From a virus: a stretch of 64,000 nt of DNA. The notes under the pieces were generated by a model, which ran no database searches, was not told the origin of the DNA, and saw only the letters and a list, made by a program, of their open reading frames with translations. The stretch covers positions 1-64,000 of IMG/VR virus record IMGVR_UViG_3300045988_111115. One strand, 5' to 3'. The position numbers and the translations under genes were made by a program. Position 1 is the stretch's first letter, and each line of letters begins with the position of its first letter. Below, one piece after another: positions 27,601 to 37,731 of this stretch.

Positions 27601-28224
27601 ATGAGTGAAAGTATTTGGAGTAGAGAGATTGAAGAGGGACTAAAGAACTTCTTTAATAGCTTTCTAAAGTATATTGATGAAGAGGGAGAAGAGCAACCTA
27701 TTTCAGTAAAAATCAGAAAGCCTGAGGGAGATTTTGACGAAGAAACCTACCCTGTAATTTATCTACAGAGTGAACAACAAAAACTTAGTACTGTAAGGTA
27801 CGACCCTACAAAGACTATCATAAGCAGGAATGAAGAGAATAACACAGTTATAGTAGAGGACGCACCTCTACCTTTTGAATGTGTATATCAAATTGACTTC
27901 TACTCACTGTATCAATCAGAACTTAACGAAATGCTACAGAAATTCTTAGCTTACACTCACGGTGGACGTTACTTTAACTTACCTGTTAAAGACCAGTCGG
28001 GGCATAATTGGAACTTACTTGTTATGAGACGTGGGGGTACAATGACACATAGAGACTATATAGGTAAAGACACAGTGTCTTTTCAGGGTTATACTCAAGG
28101 AGACGCTCGACTTTTTCACGGACTGTTTTATATAACTGTACATACACAGCTAAATGAAAATATCCGAGAGGAAAAGTACTATGTTACCAACAAAGAAGTA
28201 GTCAATACAGGAAATAATGATTAA
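27601..28224 (+). CDS. Tail completion / neck protein (by position)
   Basis: 207-aa ORF. Confidence 0.45.
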   Translation: MSESIWSREIEEGLKNFFNSFLKYIDEEGEEQPISVKIRKPEGDFDEETYPVIYLQSEQQKLSTVRYDPTKTIISRNEENNTVIVEDAPLPFECVYQIDFYSLYQSELNEMLQKFLAYTHGGRYFNLPVKDQSGHNWNLLVMRRGGTMTHRDYIGKDTVSFQGYTQGDARLFHGLFYITVHTQLNENIREEKYYVTNKEVVNTGNND

Positions 28225-28236
28225 GGAGGGTTTAAA

Positions 28237-28506
28237 TTGTTTGTAAAGAATAAACTAAACAGTGGTATTACTGTTGCACTTGCAGATAAAAGTATGTGTT
28301 TACTTCCTGCAAGTACTTCTAAGATAATTAAAGATGAACTCATTACAGATGAGTTTTACAGCCTTGAAAGATTAGGGTTTATATCTTTAATACCAGAAGT
28401 TAAGAAAGAGCCTATGGTTGCTGTAGAGAGTGCTACAGAGCCTGAGAAAGAGGTTACTTCTGAAACTACAAATACAAAGAAGACTAATAAAGGAGGAAAG
28501 AGATAA
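28237..28506 (+). CDS. Hypothetical small protein (TTG start)
   Basis: 89-aa ORF after AAGGAGGG. Confidence 0.4.
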   Translation: MFVKNKLNSGITVALADKSMCLLPASTSKIIKDELITDEFYSLERLGFISLIPEVKKEPMVAVESATEPEKEVTSETTNTKKTNKGGKR

Positions 28507-29981
28507 TGGCAGAGTATAATGCACCAGGTGTATATATGGAAAGTGTAAAGAATACTTCAAAGAGTATCACAGGTAATTCAAGTGATACTTTTGGCTTTGT
28601 AGGTGTTACACCAAGAGGAAGTATTGACGGACCTATCTATGTTACATCTTGGAATAATTTTATTGAAAAATGTGCAGGAGGTATTTCAAGTCCATTTATG
28701 GCAGACCACGACCTATCTTATGCGTTGTATGGCTTCTTCCAAAACGGAGGTACTAAAGCGTACATTTCAAGAGTTGTGAATAAGACTACTGCTAAGAAAG
28801 CAAAGGCAACAAATGAGGGCGAAACACTTTCATTTGAAGCTAAAGATGAGGGAGAATGGGGTAATCAGCTTACAGTCTCAATACGTGCTAATACCCTTGA
28901 AGCAGACCAATTTGATTTGGTTGTAAATCTTGGCAAGAATAATACGGTAGAAGTACTTACAGGTCTTTCAAATGACAGTACTAAGTATAACTATGCTTTT
29001 GATGTTATTAACGGTCAGAGTAGCTATGTAACACTACCTGATGAAGCTAAGAGTACACTTGCAGTTACAGACACACCACTTGAACTTACGGGTGGTAAGT
29101 CAGGTGTGGATAACCTTACAGACCTTGATTATGGTGAGGGTATTACACGCTTGAAGCAAGTTGATGAACTTGGTTTTATCTGTGTACCAGGCATTAACAC
29201 TGATACTACTATCGCTAATCTTAAAGCATTTGTTGAGGGTAAAAATCAATATACATTCGCTCTTATTGATATGCCTAAGAGTGTTATGACTAAAGAGGCG
29301 GCTATAGAGTTTAGAAAGAAAGTACAGTCAGATAGTATGGCTGTTGTTGAGCCTTATGGTTATGTTACAGACCCACTTTCAGCAAGTGGACGTTTGAGAC
29401 TTGTACCACCAACAGGACATTGGTGTGGTTATGAAGCTAAGAATATTCAGACAAACGGTATTCAGAAAGCCCCTGCCGGAACAGAAGCTACAATTTCAGG
29501 TTTTGTAAGTCTTGCAGTAAATTATACTGCTGACGACCTTGAACAGCTAAACCCTGCGGGTATTATTACACTTATTAACAAGAAGAACTATGGTATCGTT
29601 ATTTGGGGTTGCCGTTCCTGCTCTTCTGACCCTGACTATAAGTACGTTACAGATAAACTTGTAGATAACTATATTGACGGTTCTATCTATGACGGTACAC
29701 AATGGGCGGTATTTGAAGAGAATGACGAAGACCTTTGGGATAACCTTACTACTACAGTTACAGAGTTCCTTGAAACTTGTCGTCAAAGAGGTATTATCAA
29801 AGGTAATACATCTGCTACTTCATACTATGTAAACTGTAATGAAGACATCAATACGGAAGCTATGCAAAAAGCAGGTAAAGTTATTTGTGAATACGGTTAT
29901 GCTAAGAAGAAGCCTGCGGAATTTGTTATCCACAGAGTAGACCACCAAATGTCTTCTGGTGATACTTCGACAGAAGCCTAA
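28506..29981 (+). CDS. Contractile tail sheath protein
   Basis: 491 aa immediately upstream of a 164-aa tube-like gene, with the chaperone and tape measure downstream. Confidence 0.65.
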   Translation: MAEYNAPGVYMESVKNTSKSITGNSSDTFGFVGVTPRGSIDGPIYVTSWNNFIEKCAGGISSPFMADHDLSYALYGFFQNGGTKAYISRVVNKTTAKKAKATNEGETLSFEAKDEGEWGNQLTVSIRANTLEADQFDLVVNLGKNNTVEVLTGLSNDSTKYNYAFDVINGQSSYVTLPDEAKSTLAVTDTPLELTGGKSGVDNLTDLDYGEGITRLKQVDELGFICVPGINTDTTIANLKAFVEGKNQYTFALIDMPKSVMTKEAAIEFRKKVQSDSMAVVEPYGYVTDPLSASGRLRLVPPTGHWCGYEAKNIQTNGIQKAPAGTEATISGFVSLAVNYTADDLEQLNPAGIITLINKKNYGIVIWGCRSCSSDPDYKYVTDKLVDNYIDGSIYDGTQWAVFEENDEDLWDNLTTTVTEFLETCRQRGIIKGNTSATSYYVNCNEDINTEAMQKAGKVICEYGYAKKKPAEFVIHRVDHQMSSGDTSTEA

Positions 29982-29999
29982 AGAAAGGAGATTAAGTAA

Positions 30000-30494
30000 A
30001 TGAGCAAGAATACTATGATTAAAAACCTTTTAAGTAAGGTTGCTACACCTGTATCTGCTTCTCGTTCGGTTAAGAGAGACCCTCTACAGAAGTTTATGTT
30101 TGAGGTCTCTATACCAGGTATGCCAACAATGGGTTTTCAAAAAGTTGACGGTCTTGAAAGAGAAATCGCAGTAGTTGAATACTTTGAGGGTATGGCACAA
30201 CACGCTTACAAACTTACAGGACGTGAGAGTGTCGGTGAAGTTACTCTTGAAAGAGGGGTTTATGGTGATAACGTAGACGACGCTATGTTGGACTACTTCA
30301 AAAAGACACTTACTAACCCTGCTTGTAGGTCTACAGTAACTATCCGTTTGAAAGACCGTTTCGGTGCTACTCGTAAGACTTATAAACTTGCTGAATGTTG
30401 GGCAAGTAAATGGGAGGGTACAGACGCTGACGCTTCAAGTGATGATGTTGCTATTGAAACCCTTACCCTACAATTTGAGTACTTCCTTGACTAA
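30000..30494 (+). CDS. Tail tube protein
   Basis: 164 aa after the sheath. Confidence 0.6.
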   Translation: MSKNTMIKNLLSKVATPVSASRSVKRDPLQKFMFEVSIPGMPTMGFQKVDGLEREIAVVEYFEGMAQHAYKLTGRESVGEVTLERGVYGDNVDDAMLDYFKKTLTNPACRSTVTIRLKDRFGATRKTYKLAECWASKWEGTDADASSDDVAIETLTLQFEYFLD

Positions 30495-30514
30495 TAAAAG
30501 TTAAATAGTGTAAT

Positions 30515-30553
30515 AAAACCTCGGAGAAACTATTGATTTTTTCGGGGTTTTAT
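30515..30553 (+). terminator. Imperfect hairpin plus T-run after the tube gene
   Basis: aaaacctcgg...cggggtttt then tattatataa. Confidence 0.3.
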
Positions 30554-30592
30554 TATATAATGTGGGTATATTAATAATAAGGAGGGTCTTAA

Positions 30593-31468
30593 ATGCCTAA
30601 ATTAAAGAGAAATAGCAATTCAACCGAAACTATAACTAAGGGAGATTTTGCTAAAGAAGTAGAAGCACTTGAAGAGGAAAAACTTGAACTTCCGAGATGT
30701 GATGTCAAAGTCAATGAAAAGGGTGAGAGTGAAGAGTTTAAACTTCTTGCAGGTTACATTGATGAAGACGGTACAATGCACGACACCTTTGTTATCCGAG
30801 AAATGAACGGTAAAGACGAAGAAATTATCAATCAAGGTAATACTAAGTTAGTCAATGGTGCTAAAGTAATCAATACTTTGCTTGCACGTTGTGTTGTGCG
30901 TATTGGCAGTCTCTATAAGAAAGACTTTGCGTCTCAGAAAGATTGGGAAAACATCATCAAGAAGTTGTATATTGGAGACCAAGACTATATCCTGCTAAAG
31001 ATAAGGGAGTTGTCTTTAGGTAAGGAAATTGAGTGTAGTCACCAATGTCCTTATTGTAAGTCACAGATAACAACTTACGTAGACACGGACGAATTTGAGA
31101 TTATACCATTCAGTGGTGAACGAACAATTTACTTTGAGTTACCAAGAGGTTATACTGACACTAAAGGCAAAGTGTACTCATCAGGTACACTAAGACTTGC
31201 TAATGGTGTTGACCGAGAAGTTCTTACACCTAAAGCTAAGAAGAATATCGGTGTAGCAAATACCTTAATGCTTGCACGACTTGTCACCTTTGATAACGGT
31301 ATGCCTACAACAGAAGACGTTATACGTAATCTAACAGTTAGAGACAGGGAGTATTTGTTTAAACTAATGAACGAAAACGCATTTGGACCAAAAACGGTTG
31401 TTGAAGTTGAGTGTCCTGAATGTGGCGAAGAATTTTCGGGTAATCTGAACGCAGTTAATTTTATATAA
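30593..31468 (+). CDS. Tail assembly chaperone (G-like), with CxxC...CxxC zinc ribbon
   Basis: Located between the tube and tape-measure genes; CPYCKSQ and CPECGEEF. Confidence 0.55.
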   Translation: MPKLKRNSNSTETITKGDFAKEVEALEEEKLELPRCDVKVNEKGESEEFKLLAGYIDEDGTMHDTFVIREMNGKDEEIINQGNTKLVNGAKVINTLLARCVVRIGSLYKKDFASQKDWENIIKKLYIGDQDYILLKIRELSLGKEIECSHQCPYCKSQITTYVDTDEFEIIPFSGERTIYFELPRGYTDTKGKVYSSGTLRLANGVDREVLTPKAKKNIGVANTLMLARLVTFDNGMPTTEDVIRNLTVRDREYLFKLMNENAFGPKTVVEVECPECGEEFSGNLNAVNFI

Positions 31469-31653
31469 GCACGTTTTATGAGGACGATATACTCCCTGCT
31501 ATTTCATATGAAGTAGCACAGTATGAAATGCACGTATTGGCATACTTCTATCATTGGACAAGAGAAGATGTAAGAAGTGTGCCGAGACGTGAACGTAGAA
31601 CGTGGGTAAATCAGATACGTCGTCAATTAAAGGCAGAAAATAAAGCTAAATAA
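31459..31653 (+). CDS. Start-less ORF overlapping the chaperone stop in the -1 frame: candidate programmed-frameshift extension (G-T-like product)
   Basis: Open frame FYISTFYEDDIL...KAENKAK with no initiator; overlaps the last 3 codons of the chaperone; T-rich aattttatat at the overlap. Confidence 0.4.
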   Translation, partial: FYISTFYEDDILPAISYEVAQYEMHVLAYFYHWTREDVRSVPRRERRTWVNQIRRQLKAENKAK

Positions 31654-31684
31654 ATGAGAATTAAATTACTTCCTTTCTTTTACT

Positions 31685-31700
31685 AAAGCTATTTACAAAT
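31685..31700 (+). promoter_or_regulatory. 16-mer AAAGCTATTTACAAAT (copy 2)
   Basis: Identical to 20242-20257. Confidence 0.45.
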
Positions 31701-31727
31701 ACTTAGTAGAGGGGAGGTTTTTTATTA

Positions 31728-34700
31728 GTGTCACAAGTATTTGGACTTGGTTTAGTACTTAACTTCACTGATAATGCTACCGCAGGTATTAGTGCTACTG
31801 CACAAGCATTTACAGGACTTACTGAAAGTTTAAGTGCGAAGACCACAACACAAGCTATTACAGGAATAGCAAACACAGCAGAGAGTGTCGGCTCAAGTCT
31901 AACTAAGAGTATAACTGCCCCTTTAGGTGGTATGGTTACTATGTTAGCTAAAGCAGGTTTTAGTAGAGCAACTTTTGTACAACAGGCTCAATTCGCTTTC
32001 CAATCACTTATGGGTGGTGCAAAAGAAGCGTCAAGCTATATGCAAGAGTTAATGGACTTTGCTAAAAAGACACCTTTCAGATATGAAACAATTACAAATG
32101 GTGCACAGAGCCTTATTTCTTATGGTGTTGAAGCTAAGAAAGTAATACCTGTAATGACCGCCGTAGGAGACGCTATGGGTGGTATGGGTAAGACCCAAAA
32201 TGATATGGCAGGTGTTATAGATGTACTATCAAGAATTAATGCAGAGGGGTCAGTATCTGCATTACGTTTAAGACAACTTGCTATGAAAGGTATTCAAGCT
32301 GATAAGATTATAGGTAATATGCACGGTATTCAAACAATGGAAAAAGCACAAGAGTATGTAAAGAAGATGGACGCTTCACAGTTTCTTGACGACCTAACTA
32401 AGGGTCTTGAAGAGGGTACTAATGGTGTTTTAGGTATGACCGCCGCTTTTCAAGGTATGATGTCTAATATGAAAAATACTTGGGCGGGTGCAGTAGATAC
32501 CTTTAAATCTTCTATTACTAATGCAGGTCTTGAACTTATGGGTATGTATCAAGATGAGAATGGATTAACACAGTATACAAACCTTGATAAAATGACCCGT
32601 TCACTAAACAATATAGGTACTGCCGCTAAAGCAATAGCTCCATTATTTAAGCCTATGGTAGATACCATATTTTCAGGTATGGAGAAAGCTTCTGAAAAAA
32701 TACGTGACTTTGCACAATCATTACAAGGAATTTATAACACCGCAGTCGCTTGGAAACAGCTTAAAGAGGGTACTATTACCGCTGAACAGTTTGCCAATGC
32801 AACTTGGGGAGCTTCTAACGTTGTGCATAGTATGATAGAGAAGTTTAAAACCTTAAATGAGGAGTTTAATGGTGTACCTGCTAAGATTGCAGAAATGATA
32901 CCTAACATCTTAGGTATTGCTACTGCTTTAGGCCCTGTACTACTCATTGTTGGTAAGTTAGGAGGTATACCTCTTATAGCTAACCTTATTGGCTCAGCAT
33001 TTGATGTACTTACAGGTAAAGTACTATTTGACTTAGTACCTGCTGTAAAAGACTTTGGTACTACTTTAGTACAAGCAAAAGGTGATTTTGCCAAATCTAT
33101 TCAAGGTTTTAAACAAGCCGCACAAGGTTTTATGGAAATAGGTAGTGTAGCAGGTAGTGGAATGAAGTTAGTAGGTAGTGCAGTATCTTCTTTAAGTAGT
33201 AGTACACTAAAACCTGCTTTGAGTGCCACAGTACAGTTTGGTAAGAATGTAGGTAAAGCTTTAAAGACCACTTTTACAAGTGTAATACCTGAGTTAGCAA
33301 GTGGTGCTTGGAATAATGTACTTAATATCTTTGATACAATCGCACCTAAAGTGTCAAATAAGCTAAGTGCCTTAGGTACTGTTATTAAGACAGGTATGTC
33401 AAACGCATTTAAGGGTCTAAGGCAGAAGTCAGCAGGCTTTAATGCTATGATAGATTTCTTTAGCGAAACGAAAACAGCCGTACCTGTTATATTTGACGCT
33501 CTCAAGACCATAATAAGTTATAAAATGCAAAGTATAGGCGAAGCTATATCCAATGTCGTCAATGGAATAAAATCAAAGATTTCGCCTATTTTTAGTACTA
33601 TAGGAAGCACAGTATCAAAAGCCTTTAGTACTGTAGTAAATATAATGTCTACAGTAGGAGATAAGATAGGAAGTGCTGTTGGTAATATAGTACCTAAAAT
33701 ATCAAATACCACTTCTAAGATAGGAGAAGTATTTAGAGTTCTTGGGTCTGCGGTAGCTAATAGTTCTTTCGTAACCTCTGCAAAGGGTGTATTCGCTAAG
33801 ATAGGAGAGACTATCTCCTCAGGTGCTTCAAAGATAGGTAGTGCAGTAAGTACTGTAAAAGAAGCTACTACTACTCAGTTTGACGGTTTTGGTGGAGAGA
33901 TAAAGTCTAAGTTTGCAAGTGCCTTTAGTGGTGTTACTTCGGGTGTTGCAGAAAGGTTATCACCTATAAAAGATAAAGTAGGAACTGCACTTAGTGGTAT
34001 GGTTAGTAGGGTATCAAGTAATATGTCCGTATTTAATAGTGTACTTTCTTCTAAGTTTAATCAAGCTAAAGAGCCACCTTATGAATGGGCTGAGGGAGTA
34101 TCAGAGTACGTACAAAAATCTTTTGATTTAACCAAAGGTACAGATATAGCTACGGCAGTAGAGAGAGGTTGGTTAAAGTTAAAGGATACTACGTCTGAGA
34201 CTACAGAAGATATGTCAAGCAAGTTTACAGGTGCTTCTGGTAAAATTATGAGTGCCTTATTGAAAGCAGGTAGTGGAGGAGCAAAAGCACTTTCAGGTTT
34301 AGCTAAGGGTGCAGTATTCGCTACTAAAGGTTTGGCTACAGTAGCTAAGGGTGTAGGTAAACTTACTGTTGCCACTGCGAAAGTCGGTGCTAAAATGGCA
34401 GTAGGCTCACTTGCAATAGCAGGCTTCTTTGGGGCAGTAGCTATGGGTAGAAAAGATGTCGGAGAAATGACTAACGATATATCAAATAAAATGACTGCTT
34501 TCACTAATGGTATTACTAATGTAATGCCACAGCTAACCTCTATGATAACGAGTTTAACAACTCAATTTGCTTCACAGGCACCTCAAATGATTGCAGGAAT
34601 TAGTACTGCTGTTTCACAGTTATGCAGTGCTTTACCACAGGTATTTAACCAATTAGTTAGCTTGATACCTACAATACTACCACAGATAACACAAGTAGCT

Positions 34701-36719
34701 GTACAGTTAGTACAGGGACTTGCAGATTGCTTTGTAAATAATGCACCTATGATTATAACAGGTATTGCCACTGCTTTTACTGCGGTAACACAAAGTATTG
34801 ATACTTTATTGCCTACTCTGATGTCAGCAGGTGCTCAAATTATCGCCGCTTTGGTAAATGGCTTAGCACAAAACTCATCTGCATTAATATCAGGAGCAGT
34901 ACAAGTAATTCAAGCATTGATACAAGGACTTTCTACTTCCGCACCTATACTTTTAAGTGCAGGACTAAATCTTATCTTGCAACTTGGTAATGGTATTATG
35001 AGCAATCTACCGTTATTGTTAAATATGGCTATGCAGTTAGTATTGATGTTTGTAGAGGGTATTATGTCGGCACTACCTCAACTACTTGCAGTAGGTTTAA
35101 GTCTACTAATGCAATTAGTACAAGGTATTGTATCTGCTTTACCTCAACTAATTACAACCGCTATGCAGTTGATACCTGTAATTATAAACGGAATACTACA
35201 AGTACTTCCGCAGTTAATTATGGCAGGTGTACAGATAATTATGTACTTAATTATGGGTATAGTACAATGCCTACCTCAAATTATGGCACAAGCTATGGCT
35301 CTTATACCTATCATAGTGAACTCTATTATTTCTATGCTTCCACAGCTTGTTGATGCAGGTATTCAGATACTTCTTATGTTAATAAAGGGTATTATTGAAA
35401 TGTTACCTATTATGTATCGAACCACAGGTGAGATGTTTAAAGGTCTCTTTAATGCCATACGACATATTAATTGGTTAAAGTTAGGCATAAATATCATAAA
35501 GAATATCATAAATGGTATTCTAAGTATGGGTAAAGGTTTAGTAGATATAATCAAAGGTCTTATCACAGGTAAAGGTATAGATTTTTCTTCTGAGGGTCAA
35601 CAAGCAGGTAATTCTTATACCTCGGGTATTGAGAGTAGTGTATTTAACTTTGAAATGCCACAAATGGACGCACCTGGTTTAGACACAACAGGAGCAAAGA
35701 ATACCTTAGCAAGTTTCACTACTGATGTAGAAAGTACTGCACAATACGCAAATGAGACTTTAGGTGGAATACAAGTACCTAATTTTGAGACAGACGTAGA
35801 AGTAAACGGTACTGATAATGCTTCTGGGGTTATGGATAATATAGAACAGAAAGCAGGTACACTAAATGGTGTACAATGCAACCTTGAATTTAAAGCGGTA
35901 GACAGTGCTACACCTGTTATGGATAATGTAACGGCTACTGCAAATGCTGTTTCAGGTACTTCTACAAATGTAAATGTAAATGCCAATGACAACGCTTCGG
36001 GAGTTGTAACAGGAGTACAAAGTGCAGTATCAGGAGTTCCTGCTGAGCATACTACAGACCTAAAAGCCACAGATAATGCAAGCGGAGCGTGCAGTAATGT
36101 TACAGCTAAGGTAAATGCCATACCGAGAACACATACTACTATTTTAAGGGCTACAGATAGGGCTTCAACCTCTATTAATAAAGTTAAGTCGTTACTTAAC
36201 AACTTACCAAAAACTAAGACTATTACTTTAAATGTACAACAGAATGGTACAATTCCTCATAATGCTACAGGTACTAACAACTTTGTCGGAGGTATGACTT
36301 GGGTAAATGAACAAGGTGGTGAGTTGATTGACCTACCTAAAGGTACTACAATCATTCCGCACGACAAGAGTATCACTGAAGCAATGAACAGAGGTATGCA
36401 AATGGGGGCAGACGCACTTAAAGGATATATTGCTAATGACAATAACACAGAGCCTATAGTTCCTGCCACTATTGCAGTTAATCAATCACAGGATATAAGA
36501 CAACTTGCAAGAGCAATGGCTTCTGATAACAGTAATGCAAACGCAAGTCAAGGCAGTCCATCAAATACATATGATTACAGTGTTACTTTTGCACAAGGTA
36601 GCATAGTAATTCAAGCACCACAAGGTGGTAATGTAGCTGACTACAAAGAGATTGCGGAATACATTATGAAGTATGCAGAGCGTACACAGCAGAAGAAAGC
36701 TATGGCAATGAGAAGCTAA
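31728..36719 (+). CDS. Tail tape measure protein (GTG start)
   Basis: 1663 aa, Ala/Gly/Ser/Ile-rich helical repeats; lies between the chaperone and baseplate genes. Confidence 0.85.
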   Translation: MSQVFGLGLVLNFTDNATAGISATAQAFTGLTESLSAKTTTQAITGIANTAESVGSSLTKSITAPLGGMVTMLAKAGFSRATFVQQAQFAFQSLMGGAKEASSYMQELMDFAKKTPFRYETITNGAQSLISYGVEAKKVIPVMTAVGDAMGGMGKTQNDMAGVIDVLSRINAEGSVSALRLRQLAMKGIQADKIIGNMHGIQTMEKAQEYVKKMDASQFLDDLTKGLEEGTNGVLGMTAAFQGMMSNMKNTWAGAVDTFKSSITNAGLELMGMYQDENGLTQYTNLDKMTRSLNNIGTAAKAIAPLFKPMVDTIFSGMEKASEKIRDFAQSLQGIYNTAVAWKQLKEGTITAEQFANATWGASNVVHSMIEKFKTLNEEFNGVPAKIAEMIPNILGIATALGPVLLIVGKLGGIPLIANLIGSAFDVLTGKVLFDLVPAVKDFGTTLVQAKGDFAKSIQGFKQAAQGFMEIGSVAGSGMKLVGSAVSSLSSSTLKPALSATVQFGKNVGKALKTTFTSVIPELASGAWNNVLNIFDTIAPKVSNKLSALGTVIKTGMSNAFKGLRQKSAGFNAMIDFFSETKTAVPVIFDALKTIISYKMQSIGEAISNVVNGIKSKISPIFSTIGSTVSKAFSTVVNIMSTVGDKIGSAVGNIVPKISNTTSKIGEVFRVLGSAVANSSFVTSAKGVFAKIGETISSGASKIGSAVSTVKEATTTQFDGFGGEIKSKFASAFSGVTSGVAERLSPIKDKVGTALSGMVSRVSSNMSVFNSVLSSKFNQAKEPPYEWAEGVSEYVQKSFDLTKGTDIATAVERGWLKLKDTTSETTEDMSSKFTGASGKIMSALLKAGSGGAKALSGLAKGAVFATKGLATVAKGVGKLTVATAKVGAKMAVGSLAIAGFFGAVAMGRKDVGEMTNDISNKMTAFTNGITNVMPQLTSMITSLTTQFASQAPQMIAGISTAVSQLCSALPQVFNQLVSLIPTILPQITQVAVQLVQGLADCFVNNAPMIITGIATAFTAVTQSIDTLLPTLMSAGAQIIAALVNGLAQNSSALISGAVQVIQALIQGLSTSAPILLSAGLNLILQLGNGIMSNLPLLLNMAMQLVLMFVEGIMSALPQLLAVGLSLLMQLVQGIVSALPQLITTAMQLIPVIINGILQVLPQLIMAGVQIIMYLIMGIVQCLPQIMAQAMALIPIIVNSIISMLPQLVDAGIQILLMLIKGIIEMLPIMYRTTGEMFKGLFNAIRHINWLKLGINIIKNIINGILSMGKGLVDIIKGLITGKGIDFSSEGQQAGNSYTSGIESSVFNFEMPQMDAPGLDTTGAKNTLASFTTDVESTAQYANETLGGIQVPNFETDVEVNGTDNASGVMDNIEQKAGTLNGVQCNLEFKAVDSATPVMDNVTATANAVSGTSTNVNVNANDNASGVVTGVQSAVSGVPAEHTTDLKATDNASGACSNVTAKVNAIPRTHTTILRATDRASTSINKVKSLLNNLPKTKTITLNVQQNGTIPHNATGTNNFVGGMTWVNEQGGELIDLPKGTTIIPHDKSITEAMNRGMQMGADALKGYIANDNNTEPIVPATIAVNQSQDIRQLARAMASDNSNANASQGSPSNTYDYSVTFAQGSIVIQAPQGGNVADYKEIAEYIMKYAERTQQKKAMAMRS

Positions 36720-36739
36720 TCTAAGAAAGGAGAGATACT

Positions 36740-37441
36740 ATGGCTGAGATACCTTATTTACAACGTAGTGATGTTTGGACCTTTCGTAGTGATATTCCTG
36801 ATAGCATTTGGAACAAAATGCAAGAGTTACGCAATCAAGTGGGTTTAGACCCTCTTGAAGTAGGTGTAGGTGGTTGTGTTATTGTAGATAAACCCTCTAC
36901 TGTTTCTTGGAACTCGGAAGTATGGGAAAATGCCTATGCTAATCAGGAGACTAACTATAATAACTTTTGGAACGAAGCACGTAAAACAGACCCTTTACAG
37001 TTCAGTAAAGCACAGTATCACGGTTTTATTAAAAACCTTAATACACAAGAGATACGCAGATTTCAATTTAACCCCGAAAAACTTGAATATTCAAGAGGGG
37101 TTACTTACTCTGACAGTATATCACCTGGTATGGCTTACCCTGAAACACAGTTTAGTCACGGCAATATCCGAGAGTTTGAAACTGAGTTATTTATGTATGA
37201 CCCTTATTGTACAGGTCTTATTAAAGAGTATATGTGCTTCTTAGGTACTTTGCTTACACCTGAAACCAATGTTCCGAACTATTCAAGACCCCCTGAACTA
37301 CTGTTCTACTTTGGTTACTTTATAAGAAGATGTGTACTTACTAAGCTAAACATCTCTAATGAGTGGTTAGACGAGCAAGGTACACCTCTTATGACCCGTT
37401 TTCAGTTGACACTCAGACAAGTAGGAGTTGATGAATTATGA
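36740..37441 (+). CDS. Tail protein following the tape measure (distal tail / U-like)
   Basis: 233-aa ORF; synteny. Confidence 0.45.
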   Translation: MAEIPYLQRSDVWTFRSDIPDSIWNKMQELRNQVGLDPLEVGVGGCVIVDKPSTVSWNSEVWENAYANQETNYNNFWNEARKTDPLQFSKAQYHGFIKNLNTQEIRRFQFNPEKLEYSRGVTYSDSISPGMAYPETQFSHGNIREFETELFMYDPYCTGLIKEYMCFLGTLLTPETNVPNYSRPPELLFYFGYFIRRCVLTKLNISNEWLDEQGTPLMTRFQLTLRQVGVDEL

Positions 37442-37731
37442 GTATATATAAACACAGTAGGTACACAGAGACCTCCGCTTTTTATAGCGGAGGTACTGTA
37501 CTTACTTTCAACAGAAGAAAGAGACTTAACTTTAGTAATGCTAAAGGAGTATATTATACTTGGGGAGAGTATGATACTACAGATACTATTGCGTACAATA
37601 ACTATGGCAGTTCCAAGCTATGGTGGGTTATCTTAGACGCTAACCCTCAGTACCAAACAGAACTTGATATAAAAGTCGGGGATACGGTATTTATCCCTGA
37701 CAGAATGGAGGTATCAAACGTCTATGGCTGA
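37438..37731 (+). CDS. LysM-like tail protein (P2 gpX-like)
   Basis: YYTWGEYDTTDTIAYNNYG...VGDTVFIPD resembles a LysM fold; position. Confidence 0.5.
   Translation: MSIYKHSRYTETSAFYSGGTVLTFNRRKRLNFSNAKGVYYTWGEYDTTDTIAYNNYGSSKLWWVILDANPQYQTELDIKVGDTVFIPDRMEVSNVYG

Noticed and set aside
32732-36469. Several 60-195-aa minus-strand ORFs inside the tape-measure gene (32732..33094, 33101..33511, 34079..34504, 35615..36202 and others)
   Set aside because: They are antisense to a 5-kb gene with Ala/Gly/Ser-rich low-complexity codons, and they have hydrophobic compositional bias with no translation signals.
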